Below, piece by piece: positions 1-11,860 of a DNA stretch of 60,039 bases. The stretch spans positions 1 through 60,039 of the forward strand of contig LVLI01000496.1 in the NCBI GenBank assembly GCA_001687465.1, written 5' to 3'. Position numbers and translations under genes: made by a program. Every line of letters starts with the position of its first letter. Position 1 is the stretch's first letter. The DNA comes from Halocafeteria seosinensis (Eukaryota). The notes beneath the pieces are model-generated. The model searched no databases. It had not been told where the DNA came from and worked only from the letters and a program-made list of their open reading frames with translations.

Positions 1-110
1 GTTTAAAATTTTATAAAATATAACTATAAGTTTTATTTTAAAAACTTTGTAAATATAAATTTTAGAAATTCATCATTTAAATTGTAAACACTTAAAGTGT
101 AAAAAAAAAT
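1..110. other. Very AT-rich island at the window edge
   Basis: 13 G/C in the first 110 nt (about 12% GC), against roughly balanced GC in the rest of the window. Confidence 0.85.
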
Positions 111-819
111 TCACCGGTTAGGTATATTCTTGTTACTTGGTACCTGCCAGTAGTCAGCCGCAGCTGCTACAGGTCAGACCTCAGTACCATTATAGCGGTA
201 AAGAGGCTTCATTCTCATCGGCTGCTTTCTTTCGATGTTAGAATTTGGCTGTATTGTATTGGCGCTCGTTTGTACTACAGTACTCACCTCAACCTCAAAA
301 CCTATAGTCGCAGTGTTTACATGTGGGCCAGGGTTGCGCTTCTGCCAACGATTCAATTCTTGCTGTAAGAGTGCAAAGTCTCGCCGAAAGCACACACACA
401 TTAAAGATGCGTGCATGCGAGGGATCTAAACGGTACGTGGTGGTGAGTAAAAAGACAACTGCTCGCATGGGTAACGCTACGAAGAATTGGAGAACTTAAA
501 AGGAAATCGTAGAAGAGAAAATAATGTAACAACAAAAATAAACCCAGTAGAAACTTGAGTCAAAAAGAAGTAAAAACACCAAATTTTTGTCACACCGTTT
601 ACGGGACAAGGCCTCCGAATTTTTGAATTTTGTTGCTTTGTGAAGCTATGGCTAACGCATTTCATAGCCCATGCCATGGGCGATGGCACAAGTTGTGGGG
701 AATCTGTTGCACCGTAAATACTCAATGTGATGGATTGTCGCAATACCCACGTATAACGCAAGCCCTTGGAAAATGGATTGTTTGGTCAGGTGTTAGGAGT
801 GGGTGACGTAGCGGCTGAA

Positions 820-3060
820 ATGGATGCTGTGGGGCGCGATGACTTTCTCCTGGCTTATACAGTGGCCTATTCCTTGCAAACAGTGGGAAAAGAACTTTTA
901 GAGACTCGTGAAGATCATGATCAATTGATTTTGGGGATCGGATATCGATTTACCGTCGAAAATTGGACAGAATTGACCCCCTCGTTTGAGCACGTTGTTG
1001 CGTGCATCGAGGAAGACTGTGGAGCAAAGACTGCTGCGCGAGTGAAGCAAGAGAGTGACTCTTTCTTGGAAAGCATAACAAATGTGAACGATGTGTATGA
1101 CGCTATACATCGCATAATTCAACCTCTAGCGAAAAATAAGGAGAATCAGCAAGGGTACAGTGTCACCAAGGGCAGTATCTTGGGATCGTTTCAAGGCATT
1201 GTGGTTCAGAAGGTTAGACAAACTCATTTTGCAGGGTTCCAGAAGCTGCTAATCTCATTGAAAGGGGGCGACGACACAAATAAGGACGAAAGAAATGTGC
1301 CTAACACAAAACGCCGCATCGGTAAACTCATCAATACATACTTGAAGGAATGCAGGAAGTCTCCAAAGGGAATGCATAAGGAAGATCCAAAATGGGACAG
1401 GCTTCATGACTTGGTATTGCAAGCTCCATCGGATCTCCCTAACGTTCACTTAGCTAGGCTTGGGCTTGCTCTCAAGAATGATGACTACAGCAGTGCGGTG
1501 AACGCGATTCACTCGTTTTATGACTTCCCTATAGAGGGCGTGACCCTGCGGACTCCAGGCTCATTCAACAGAAATGGAGGAGGCACATTCGACCCTTCCT
1601 TTAGAAATAAGTTTGGAACTGACTACCACTACTGCCTCATTCATATAGCGTCTGTGCAACTTTGGTTTGGTTATCTTGGCGCAGCGGAGGACTGCCTGGC
1701 TGGCTCAATTATCAGTGCTCAGTTACGCGGTGATGAGGTAGGCGCAACCATTGGTATGGCGTTTTTGTCTCAGTTACAGCACGACGCTTGGGAGGCAAAA
1801 ATTTCTAATGGGATTCTTCGGAAAACTGGGTCTCAGCATACGAGTGTGACTGACGTGTTCTCTCCGTTTCCGAGTGTTTATTCTGCTGGGTCTCAAATAC
1901 CGAGAAGACTAATGCGAAGGTGCAGACAGAGAGCCTGCGAACTGGGGCTTTGCAGGCTTCATACCGTTCTTGCCAAGACGGCTGGCGAAGAAGAGCCTCT
2001 TAAGTTTTCAATACGTTCATGGAGATATAGTTACATCACACGAACAAAGCAACCTGGTGCAGATGCTTCGACTATACATCCAGATTCTCTTGCGTTTGAA
2101 GAAATATCTTGTGCCACGCATTTTGCCCTGGATAGCAGGCTTCCAATGGTATTCAAGAGATCCGAATCTCAATTCTCGAAGCCCCTCTGGGAACACCTCG
2201 TCCAGTACGAGACACACGCAAATAGGGGTCGTCACCATATCGGTCTTCCTCCGCACTTTTCTGCCACTTCGTTGTTATCGGCCCTGCTCTCGGCAACAGT
2301 TTCCGTCGTACGCCCCAATGGCACCGAGGGAACAGTTGAATGGAACTCGTTAGACAGCGTGTCGCAAACCTGTGCACAAGATTTTCATGTGACAATGGAT
2401 GCGGTCGATCGGTTGAATGCACTAGTGGAAGAAAGTGATTGCACGAGGGATATACTTTCAGAGCTTTCTGAAGCATGGGTGGATCGCAAATCTTCTCCAG
2501 GTTCTAAGATATCCATGTATAAGGAAATTTTCAATAACCGGGAGCTGAACTATGATTTTACTTCCTCGCGCTTGAGGATTAAAGCAGGACAGGAGTATGT
2601 GAGACTCTTACTTGAGGAACTTGAGAGCATAGCTGGCATGACGAACAGCCAGCCAAGTGGGAGAGGTGTGGAGCACGAGGTGTTCCCTGTTCTAGAAGAG
2701 GCTTTTAACCTCTCTTTTGAATTAAATATGACTGATTTGGTGGTGCAATGCATTGTGCTGAAGGGGCAAGCTTTGTCCACGCTTCCAGATGGTGGAACTA
2801 GGGGGGTGGAGCATCTTCAGAAGCATCTTGACTACATATACTGCTTCGCTACTCCAGCTTTGATGAAGCAAACTCTCGAAATTATGTGCTGTGGAAAAGT
2901 AGGAACAATTTCTGATTTCGATGAAACCTCTCGTCCGAAGTTCTTTCGATCCTTCACGAATTGTTTGAACCAGTTCCTTCGCAATGATGAAACTCTAAAC
3001 GGTGGACTCAGCGCTGCCGTCCCGTTGCTAAAATACGAAGATATTTTTCATACTAAATAA
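820..3060 (+). CDS. APC5: Anaphase-promoting complex subunit 5-like protein (TPR-type), apparently intronless
   Basis: Long ORF, first ATG at 820. Segment DYSSAVNAIHSFYDF...YHYCLIHIASVQLWFGYLGAAEDCLAGSIISAQLRGD matches the APC5 pattern (LHrYFD...yAlL.lA.l...FG...eA...i.EAi..Aqe..D). Confidence 0.7.
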   Translation: MDAVGRDDFLLAYTVAYSLQTVGKELLETREDHDQLILGIGYRFTVENWTELTPSFEHVVACIEEDCGAKTAARVKQESDSFLESITNVNDVYDAIHRIIQPLAKNKENQQGYSVTKGSILGSFQGIVVQKVRQTHFAGFQKLLISLKGGDDTNKDERNVPNTKRRIGKLINTYLKECRKSPKGMHKEDPKWDRLHDLVLQAPSDLPNVHLARLGLALKNDDYSSAVNAIHSFYDFPIEGVTLRTPGSFNRNGGGTFDPSFRNKFGTDYHYCLIHIASVQLWFGYLGAAEDCLAGSIISAQLRGDEVGATIGMAFLSQLQHDAWEAKISNGILRKTGSQHTSVTDVFSPFPSVYSAGSQIPRRLMRRCRQRACELGLCRLHTVLAKTAGEEEPLKFSIRSWRYSYITRTKQPGADASTIHPDSLAFEEISCATHFALDSRLPMVFKRSESQFSKPLWEHLVQYETHANRGRHHIGLPPHFSATSLLSALLSATVSVVRPNGTEGTVEWNSLDSVSQTCAQDFHVTMDAVDRLNALVEESDCTRDILSELSEAWVDRKSSPGSKISMYKEIFNNRELNYDFTSSRLRIKAGQEYVRLLLEELESIAGMTNSQPSGRGVEHEVFPVLEEAFNLSFELNMTDLVVQCIVLKGQALSTLPDGGTRGVEHLQKHLDYIYCFATPALMKQTLEIMCCGKVGTISDFDETSRPKFFRSFTNCLNQFLRNDETLNGGLSAAVPLLKYEDIFHTK

Positions 3061-3343
3061 ATAAAAAGAAATTCAGTCAGACAAGTATATTAACATCCAT
3101 CTTGACACCCCTAGTTTTCTAGATGCCTTAGAAAGGACAAAGACCCGCCACTACAAGCAGTCCTCCAGCCACAGCAAGCAGCCTACTTTTTATAATGTAA
3201 GCCAACATTTACAAATGGACAGGTCGATGAGCTCTAAATATACAACGACCAGAGGATACAAAAGAAAGACCGAAATTTGCTTGCAATGATGATGCTGAAA
3301 ACATGAAAGACGGAACTTCGTAGTTGCGGACTCTGTTCTCTTT

Positions 3344-4259
3344 CTACTGGCCGGCGACGTTGCCCCACGTGCCCTGCTGTTGCCATTCTCCTCCTCCTGC
3401 AGTCCACTGTCCTCCAGCGGGAGCAGTAGGTGCATCAAATCCTGGCATAGGTTGGTCAAATCCTGCTCCACCAGCTTCGTACGTTGGAGCCTCAGCATAG
3501 TCTCCGGGTACCTCCCAGCCTGTTTCAGCCTCAGCGGCTGATTGCTCTGCCTCTTCAATTGCTTTCAGTTCATCCGAATCTCTGTAGATGAATAAATCGA
3601 TAGGCACAGTCCATGGCTCATTGAACTCAAGGCTTCCACGAAGACGAAGAACCTCTCTGGTGAGGAGCCAATACAGCACTGCGATAGATTGTTTTCCTTT
3701 GTTGTTGGCCGGGATAGCGACATCTACATGGTGCAAGGGAGAGTCAGAGTCACAGAACGCAATGACGGGAATGTTAACGTAGCTCGATTCTCTGACGGGT
3801 TGATGGTCGACACGAGGATCGGTCACTATCAACAGACGGGGCTCGCGGAATTGCTTGGTAATTTGATTTGTGAACGTTCCGGGGGTGAAGCGTCCTGCGA
3901 TCTGTTCGGCTCCAGTGTTGGAGGCAAACTTCATAACAGCCGTCTGAGCATAGGGACGAGCTGAAATAGCTATAACATCGGCGGGGTTCTCGATTGCTAC
4001 AATGATCCTGGCGGCCAGGTGGATCTTCTCCCAAGTCTTGGCAATGTTTAGGATGTGGATGCCGTCCGAACGGCGAGACCAGATGTAATCGCGCATTTGG
4101 ACATCAGCATTCCTTGTCCCAAGATGAGCCTGGGCAGCAAGGAGAAGCTTGAAAGCTTCCTCGCGGCTGTCAGAAAGCATAGTACTGGACATGAAATAGG
4201 GGTTCGAGGGCTTGGACAGTGAGGCCTGAGACTTACTCAGATTTAGATTGCGTAGCCAT
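3344..4259 (-). CDS. RPSA: 40S ribosomal protein SA (uS2)
   Basis: [46 protein letters not shown] and IPANNKG motifs. Likely start ATG 4259 (MATQSKSD) with a GT-AG intron at 4236-4185. Confidence 0.97.
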
Positions 4260-4349
4260 TTCAACGGTCTTGGCAGCACGTAGAACGATACTAGGCACAA
4301 GTACGGAACTCCTGCACTTTCTTCTCCGAAGAGACAATGACTGAGAGGC

Positions 4350-4598
4350 CTGCAATGCATAATAACATGAAATATTTGCCTCTTGGAATAATCTCAGGGG
4401 GAACACAGGGGTCGATGATCAACAAAAAGCATGTGGGTGCAGGGGTAAGGGGATTCCCCGGGGCCACCGTCAGACCCCGTTCCCTAGGCATCCTCCCCAA
4501 TAAGCAGCTCAAACACCTCTCATAAATTCTTATCTCACACATTTCTCGTACGTATAGTAGAGAGATATGAAGCTACTACATATATAGCCTTTTCTTAC
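4350..4598 (-). other. Putative 249-nt 5'-UTR intron upstream of RPSA containing a long hairpin (4377-4506)
   Basis: AG|GTAAGA donor at 4598 and TTGCAG acceptor at 4350 on the minus strand. Paired arms GGGAAC-GGGGUC / GACCCC-GUUCCC and UGCUU-UUGGGG / UUCCAA-AGGCA. Confidence 0.45.
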
Positions 4599-4879
4599 CT
4601 ATCTTCCTTCCGAGAAAAGCCGGGAAACAAGCCGAGAAAACTAGGGGATGTAGACCAGCACTTGCAGTGACCCACATGAACCGGTTTTCCGCATCCTAAA
4701 GTAGACGAAAAGTTTGCATCGTTGAAATTGGTCGCTTCCGTTAAGAAAGCAGGAGCACCATGTCTGTTTGATATGGTCATTGTGCATGAATCGAAGGTCC
4801 TTTTTCACCGAAAATTCGCTGAATTAGTTTGTCATCATACTGCGATCTTTAGTTCAGAGGTAATACAGACACGCCAACA

Positions 4880-5735
4880 ATGTCTGAGGAGGGAGAAGAG
4901 GAACAGCGCCCGTACGAATGGCGCGCGTTGGAAGCAGCTCCTGGCGCCGAAGGACCAGAAACAGCAAAATTCGTAAAGAGGCCTGGAAGGTACGCTAATC
5001 TAAGACTATCCCTCTAGTGTGGCGAGGAACCATACACTCTGTTTTCTTCCGCTGGCATTACGCTGCAGAGCCAAAGTGACCTATCCCAATGGAGATACGT
5101 TTGTGGGCAATTTCAACGATAACAAAGACAAGCATGGGCCAGCGACATACACCTGGTCCACACAGCCTGGGGCCAATCCTTGGGTGCCCGAGGGCGAGGA
5201 AGAAGAAGAGGGGGAAGGTGGAGGTGGATTTCCACAGGATCGTATAGTAAAGTTCGAAGGCTCATACCACGAAGGCAAGAAACACGGGATAGGCAAAATT
5301 ACGTTCCCTAACGGAGACAAGTACCACGGAATGTGGGAAAACGATAAAATCCATGGAGAAGGCACATACTATTATGTTAGTGGAGACATTTACAGTGGAG
5401 AATGGAAAGAGGGGAAGAAGCACGGAGAGGGAGCGTACGTCTTTGGCAGGGATAAAAGTCAGTTGGTTGGCACTTTCGAGAACGGCAATATTGTAAAAGG
5501 CAAATGGGTATTCAAGGATGGCACTTCTTGGCATGGAAGTTTCAAAAATAACAAGCCTATTGGCCAAGGTATATTTTACTTCCCCAACGGAAATCAGCAG
5601 AGCGGCGAGTACGTGGAGATCGGGGATCCAGAAGACGAAGAAACTGAGCTCAAGCTTGAGTGGAGAGGAAACCCTACCCAGCCTTCCTCAACCTCGACAT
5701 TTGAGTTACTAAAGAGTAAGCCGATGGCTAATTAA
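4880..5735 (+). CDS. MORN-repeat protein, radial spoke head 1 (RSPH1)-like
   Basis: Repeated YxGxW(K/E)xxK(K/I)HGxGxY MORN units. Exon 1 4880-4989 (MSEEGEEE...) and intron 4990-5068 join in frame to RAKVTYPNGD. Confidence 0.85.
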
Positions 5736-5990
5736 GTTCAATATAGTGAATCAACGGTTGATTATCAACTCCTTTTATGTTCGCCACCATTATACTTCAA
5801 TGACACCCCCTCCATGCAACCCACTGCCAGGCAATTGTCTCTACAGGGACTGGGGCTGTACAAGTGATGTTGCAAAGCTTCATTCTTTTGCAAGCATTTC
5901 TGACAGCAAAGAGTTTCCTTGCTCGGTAGAGGTTGGCGTGCGCTGGCCACGTTCTTTTGAATATTCCGTCTATTCGAATACGGTCAGGTC

Positions 5991-6547
5991 TCATTCGTCA
6001 TCATCTTCTTCACTCTCTAACTCTAGCTCAGGAACCCTAATATCTGCTTGGCGGTGTAGTCTCCTCAGTTGCTGTACGGTCTCTGAATCGCCTGATGCGT
6101 CTTTATATATCACTTGTATTGGTATTAAACGTTCGTGGTTCTGCTTCGAAAGTGAAGCTCCAGCTTCTACTAATAACGACGCACACGTAGGACACTCGCA
6201 GGCATGCAGTGGTGTATCTCCGTCTTCATCCTGAATATTGGGATTGGCTCCATTGTTTAAAAGAAACCTCAAAAGCTCACAATGTCCGTATCTGCATGCA
6301 AAGTTCTTCCAGGACCATACCTATACACCGCTCGTTGATTGCACACACCCACATACGAGCTTGCTGCATGGAGGGGCGAGTATCCATGTTCATCCTGTTC
6401 ATTTGCACTCGCCTCTCCTGAGGTGATTAACGCTTGAACTCTGGTAATGTCGCCATCGCTGGACGCTACCCAGATGTTGGCCGTGGTATCACTTTGACTG
6501 GTGGAAGTGGTTTGATTGTGCACAGCTCCAAATACGCTCATTTTCAT
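5991..6547 (-). CDS. Small ankyrin-repeat protein
   Basis: NIWVASSDGD, DEHGYSPLHAASSYGH (across one GT-AG intron of about 65 nt) and GANPNIQDEDGDTPLH ankyrin motifs, plus an acidic C-terminus. Confidence 0.9.
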
Positions 6548-6654
6548 GCCTACTGTATGGTATACACCGCCAATATATTGTTATGTCTGCTGTGTAGAGT
6601 AGTCGGACATAATGGAGTGAAGGGACCAAACCAACCCTGAACGAGTGGAGTATA

Positions 6655-7780
6655 ATGGAAGATGAAGACGGCTTCACGTTGGTGGTTCGAAAACATCGAC
6701 GGAATCGGAGACATAAGAAGACAACAGCGGGAGCACACGCCCAAGATGAACGACACAAGAGGGACAACAGGTCCCGAAGGAAGCCATCTCAGAGCGAGAA
6801 CGAAGGGAATGAGACGATAGGCGATGAGGAAGTGGAACCTGGAATCTTCCTGAAAAACACTTTAAATCCACTCAGAGAGAGAATTCGGGATCGATCAATA
6901 TATAAAAACACTGTTCAATGTTGCAAGACGTTTTTAGAACGCATGCCCTCCTCTCATCAGAATGTACACTTTGTTGCTCTGGGCATTGGAAACTTCACGG
7001 AGTCCCATGCGGCGCGTCTACAATTGGCGATGCTCCTAGAGCTCATGGAGAGTCTGCAAAGTGTAGACGGCGATTTATTAGGCACAGATACGGGTGTCTC
7101 TCTCCGCAGCGCCGGTTGCACATGTGTGGATCCCATGTTTAGCAACGGTGAGGTGGCAATACTGCGAGAGCTACGGCTACAAACCTGTTACTCCGAAGAC
7201 GAAGTGCAGTATAGTAGCCAGTCATCCTCCACCATTCTTTTTATGCCGCATTGCCCGGGATTTCTTTATGGAAGGGTTATTGAGGCCTTAGTTACAGAAT
7301 ATGCTCAGTGCAAAGGTAGGCTTGGTTTGGCACTATGTTGATTGATTACCTGGCTGCCTGCACCTCTTCGCAAGATTGGCTTGCAGATTTCTCTTCTATA
7401 TCGCCTTTTATGATTCTGGGCAATAGGTATGCATCATACTTGGCACTCATTTTACATTTGTCAGTTACCTGCATATGTGATATGAATGCAGCTTGCTGAG
7501 ATATTTGCAATCTGACACGTACATTCCCAGACACCGCTTGCCTTCCGGGAATCAAGAGTTATTCGTCACAGCAGAACGTCTAGGCCTATCGAAAGAAAGC
7601 TGCGTACACTCATTGGACCAGCTCATCGTAAACGCTAGTTCAAGTGCTAAACAAGAAGGAGCATTGCCTTACACTTGCGAGAGACTTAGCGAAGAGAGCA
7701 CAGAGGCGGTGGCATTCAAGAACTTTTACTGCCATCGGTTTATGGCGTTGGGGCAAGTACGTAGAAGCACTGGGGAGTAA
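6655..7780 (+). CDS. SRR1: SRR1-domain protein
   Basis: VALGIGNF...ARLQLA, DPMFS..E, LFMPHC...LY and spliced ILGNS motifs of the SRR1 family. Two short introns near 7316-7386 and 7426-7491. Confidence 0.85.
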
Positions 7781-7893
7781 GGAAGTCGAACTCTTCAGTT
7801 GGCACCTATAATTATCTTTATTTAGTTTGAATGCATCTCTTAAAGAGAATCTGACGCCTAGAAAAAGGAGTCAGCAACTCAAAACACTACTAA

Positions 7894-10129
7894 TTAATCC
7901 TTGCGTTCATGGTCGTCATCGTCGTCGTCACCGCCAATGGCGAACGCTCCACCTGAGTGCTCTTCTACGCCATCATTTTGCACTGAAGACTCTTCATCAC
8001 TAAACTGTACTTCGTCCATTTCAACTTCTTCCTCCTCTACTGGGTGCATTTTGTTTCTCTCTTCGTAGAGCTGGTCATCAAAACTGGCAGTCTTCATATC
8101 GGGAGATGTAGCAAACGCCATGAACCACACGTATAAGTTTATAATCGAGTATCCCGCTAAGAATTGCAGAGAGCCATTCTGCACATTACACGCACAAAAA
8201 ACATACGAACGATAGATAGAGGGAGGGTGAAAATTAAGCGAGAGCCACTTACAGGTACGCCGGGAATTATTCCTCCGGCCCAAAAGATGCTTAGAGCTAT
8301 CAATATGGTGACGACCGATAGAGTGTAAATGAATTTTGACGAGGACGACATCGATTGTATCTGCATGAAGAGTTGAGCCATTGCGTTCGTCGTCCCGTAG
8401 GAGAACGTTGTAGACTTACGGTTCCCAGGTTCATGACAATGAAAACCAGCACCCAAAGTGCATATATTGCCGCTACGATTGCAGTAAAAACGAAAAGGTA
8501 TCGAAAGATGCCATCATCTTCCCACAAATCAAAAGCGGGATTCTCATCTAGCCTAAACCTGCACAAAATAACGAATAAGAGTGTATCGGAGAAACCATCC
8601 TTGCGCGAGTGGGGAACGGCTTACAGAATGGACATTCCAAGAGCTACAGCTGATACCCAGAAAGCTGTCATCAAAATTGACTTGGGCACCCAAAAGACGG
8701 CTCCACGTTGAATGAGACCCGTATTACTAACCTGCAACTAGTTTCAAGTTCTCTCTTAACCCAAAAAATAAAGCGTTGTACTAAAGCATATTGCCACGCA
8801 CCCGCATAACGCTAGCTTGCCGGACGACGTCAAACTCGCAGAGTATGAAAAGCAGTAAAAGGGTGATGAAGGAGATACTAAGGAAGACGTAAATGCCTGG
8901 CCAAACAAATCCTGGAGAATAAAGAGCAGCTGCGAAGAAAGGATCGTCGAACCAAAACAGCATCACTAGAAGAGCGGCCATCCACGGCTGCTCAAACGAC
9001 CTAGCTCTCTTCGGCACCGATCGTAGGGAGCACATGTAGGCGATGCCCAATATCTGCATAGAATTGTAATGATACGATACGCTACCAAATATCGATATCT
9101 CCGATGAATTCCGAACGTACAAGCGTTGCAGTTAGGAAGAAGTATTTCCATCCGGCCTCAAACTCTGTGTACTTTTGTTTCACAGAGTGAACTTTCACTT
9201 CGAAATTGAGTTTGTTCTTGGCTTTAATACCACCGGGAAGTTCTCCTAAAGGATCGATAAGTTTGAGATTGAACTTGTATTTAGAATGATGCACGTAAGG
9301 CACTGAAAAGAGGACGATGCTGTCACAGTAATCTGCGCACGACGGACAAGTAAGGATCCGAATAGCTGAAGATAAAGAAGCAATTGACCGTACCGTCTTT
9401 CGGTGAACAGTGCGTTTCGTGAGAATGAATCACGTTCTCCTTGCTGAGCTCTTTTCCATCCCCACTGGCCTCGAGCTTATACTGGCGCCTCAGGGAAAGA
9501 CAAATCCATCGGTGGTTAATTCAAAGTGCATAACACCAAGATTCAACGGCTTACGTTGAGAGGAAATGTTACTGAGATGTCTCCAGCCTTTTCCCCGGAA
9601 TTGTCTGGTCTCTCGAGTCTTCCTTGTATCCAAAGCACTTGAGACAGAGGCGAAAAGCCTGCAGAACAAATGCTAAGAGCACGTACGCAATTCCTTGTAC
9701 CTTGGCATGTGAAGCATAGAGTAGGTATGCATCGCCTACCTCCAATTTCTGCTTTCCATGTGCAATTTTGATTGGCTGCAAGCGTTCGAGAGAGAATAAT
9801 GAACACCAATCCCTCCAGAATGACGCCCTCGACGACTTACGATTACAGTCCGCATTGAATTTCTCAGTTCTCATTATGCCAGGTCCCGTGCCCCTGTGCA
9901 ACATATGCAAGGCATTATAGCAAGTACCGCTCGTCGAAATGAACATTCTAACGCCCCAAACATACCCAATGATGAGTGCCACTGTGAACAGCACAAGATA
10001 ACACACGAACGTGCTCGCAATGCCCTTTGTCGACATGGTCGATATGCGCAAACTATGGGTCATTGGTTCACGCATATTAGTAGGACCGTGCATAGAGGGT
10101 GCTTGGGCACCCTGTGAAAAAGACTCCAT
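7894..10129 (-). CDS. TMEM181: TMEM181/Wntless-like multi-pass membrane protein (multi-exon)
   Basis: LRISTMS...F, YTEFEAGWKYFF, FEQPWMAALL...DDPFF and LQFLAGYSIINLYVWFMAFATSP match TMEM181 motifs. Many short GT-AG introns. Confidence 0.8.
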
Positions 10130-11005
10130 GGTATTCTGCCACTGCGACAATGCACGAATAGCTAGGTTGTTGCCCTCTACTTTGAATAGGGAAAAAGCAA
10201 AGGATACCTGCACAACTATGTTATCTTCTCCAGTGCTGTTACCAAATGGAATACACACATACTCACTACCTAAAAATTTGTGTAACAAACTTTTGGTATC
10301 TTCAACTTATGGGGACAAGTACCGTGTACTGGTGCCGCTAGGTAAGTAAGTTCGCAGCTTCGTCATATAAAACGGTAGGAATTAAGGAAGGGGACTAAGT
10401 AGTATTGAGAATTTCCTCCCGCTAAAATTTTGCAGTACTTTTATGCGACAGTTGCCAAGTACAGAGTTTCCTGTGAGAGCTTCCGCATGTCCCAGTTGCT
10501 AGCTAACAGCTACAAAATTGTACCACTAGATGATGCGAACCCGAGAATCGGCCTGCAACCATTGCGTATCAACAAGGCATCATTATGCTAGCGCTTTGGG
10601 TGTTCCATATACCGCTAATTGTACGGTAGCGTACGATGTAAATGGGTTCTCAAGTAGCAGAGCCTGTGAAGCCTGGAACCTTTGTGGCTGTAGCGTGTTC
10701 ATGGTTTGTACCGATATTTCAGTAACAATTATCCCGATACAACAAAGTATTTTCCTAATAAGGTACCAATCCAAGTAGGATTTAACATGACAGGGTATCT
10801 CGCTTGATTCCGGAATCTTAATCTCATCTCAGCATTCATTTGAAACTTCTCGAATCGAAAACGCGCGCGATTGGTTGAAGAGGGGGCTCGTCAACTTAAA
10901 CGTGGCTGCCAGAGTTTATTTGTCTACAAATTACCAAAAACCAGAAAGAGTATGTGCTACCAAATTAAACTTTATGCTTTGTAATCAACCGTGCAAAGTG
11001 GGGAA

Positions 11006-11860
11006 ATGGAAGGAGGGTCATCTCTGTTTGACTTCGACGTTCCTTCACGCGAGGATGAACTAATCCAGGGAAAGAATCGGGGCTTGGCAGATATCGAGGC
11101 ATCGACGGAGTACGACACATGGTTTACACAGCCGCATACACACTTACTGAGGGCGACCAAAGGGAATCGGAAGTCAAAGACAAAAGCAAAAAGAAACAGT
11201 GGAAATAACGCCAATGAAGCATCTTTGAAGTTGCTGCTCAAAGCACATAATGAAGCGGCCTCCAAACGCTATCTTCAGAACAAGGAAAGAGTTTCAAGTA
11301 GTGCTGGATCTACAGTGTTGGAAGAAAGTAACACGGGTGCCCCAGAGACGAAAAATGAAGAGGCTCCCTCTACAACAGGCGCGCAGCGGAAGCGGCCGCG
11401 CAGCTCGGAGGACAAGGAGAATCGCCAACAGTCAAACGTCAAGCAGAATCCTGCCCAGTGGAGACGGGCATCCAGACCATCGAGTTCTGGAAATGTAAAT
11501 CCTTCTGCTACGAGCAAGCCCAATGCAGCCAAGAAACAACGGACCCACAGTGACGAATCCAACCGACGCACGTCCAGGAGTAACAAATCGGCTCAAGAGC
11601 AGGATATAGAAGCTCTTTTGAGGGCCCACAACAGCAAGTTCTCTGCAAAATGCGAATACGAACCACGTCAACACTCAGTTAAAGATATAAGACTGGTAAG
11701 TGATATGTTTTGTGTGGTGGAACTCTTTGGCCAGATGATGACATCGAATTGAACGCAGTGGGAAAAAAAATCTGGTACCAAATTTTCCAGCCTTAACTAC
11801 ACGGAACGTCAAAACGCCAATAAAGAAATCAAGACCATGAAAGCTTCTGGCAAGCTTTAG
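11006..11860 (+). CDS. Hypothetical basic, largely disordered protein with an N-terminal TPX2-like motif
   Basis: ORF from ATG 11006. Intron 11696-11758 joins DIRL|WEKKSG to the stop at 11860. Internal repeat LL(K/R)AHN occurs twice. Confidence 0.7.

Noticed and set aside
174..761. Short minus-strand ORFs upstream of APC5
   Set aside because: No recognisable motifs, and no convincing spliced model could be built.
4370..4400. CUGAGAUUAU on the minus strand resembling a fungal TPP riboswitch junction
   Set aside because: The downstream CUUGAU...UAAU...GCG P4/P5 elements are absent, and the adjacent gene is not thiamine-related.
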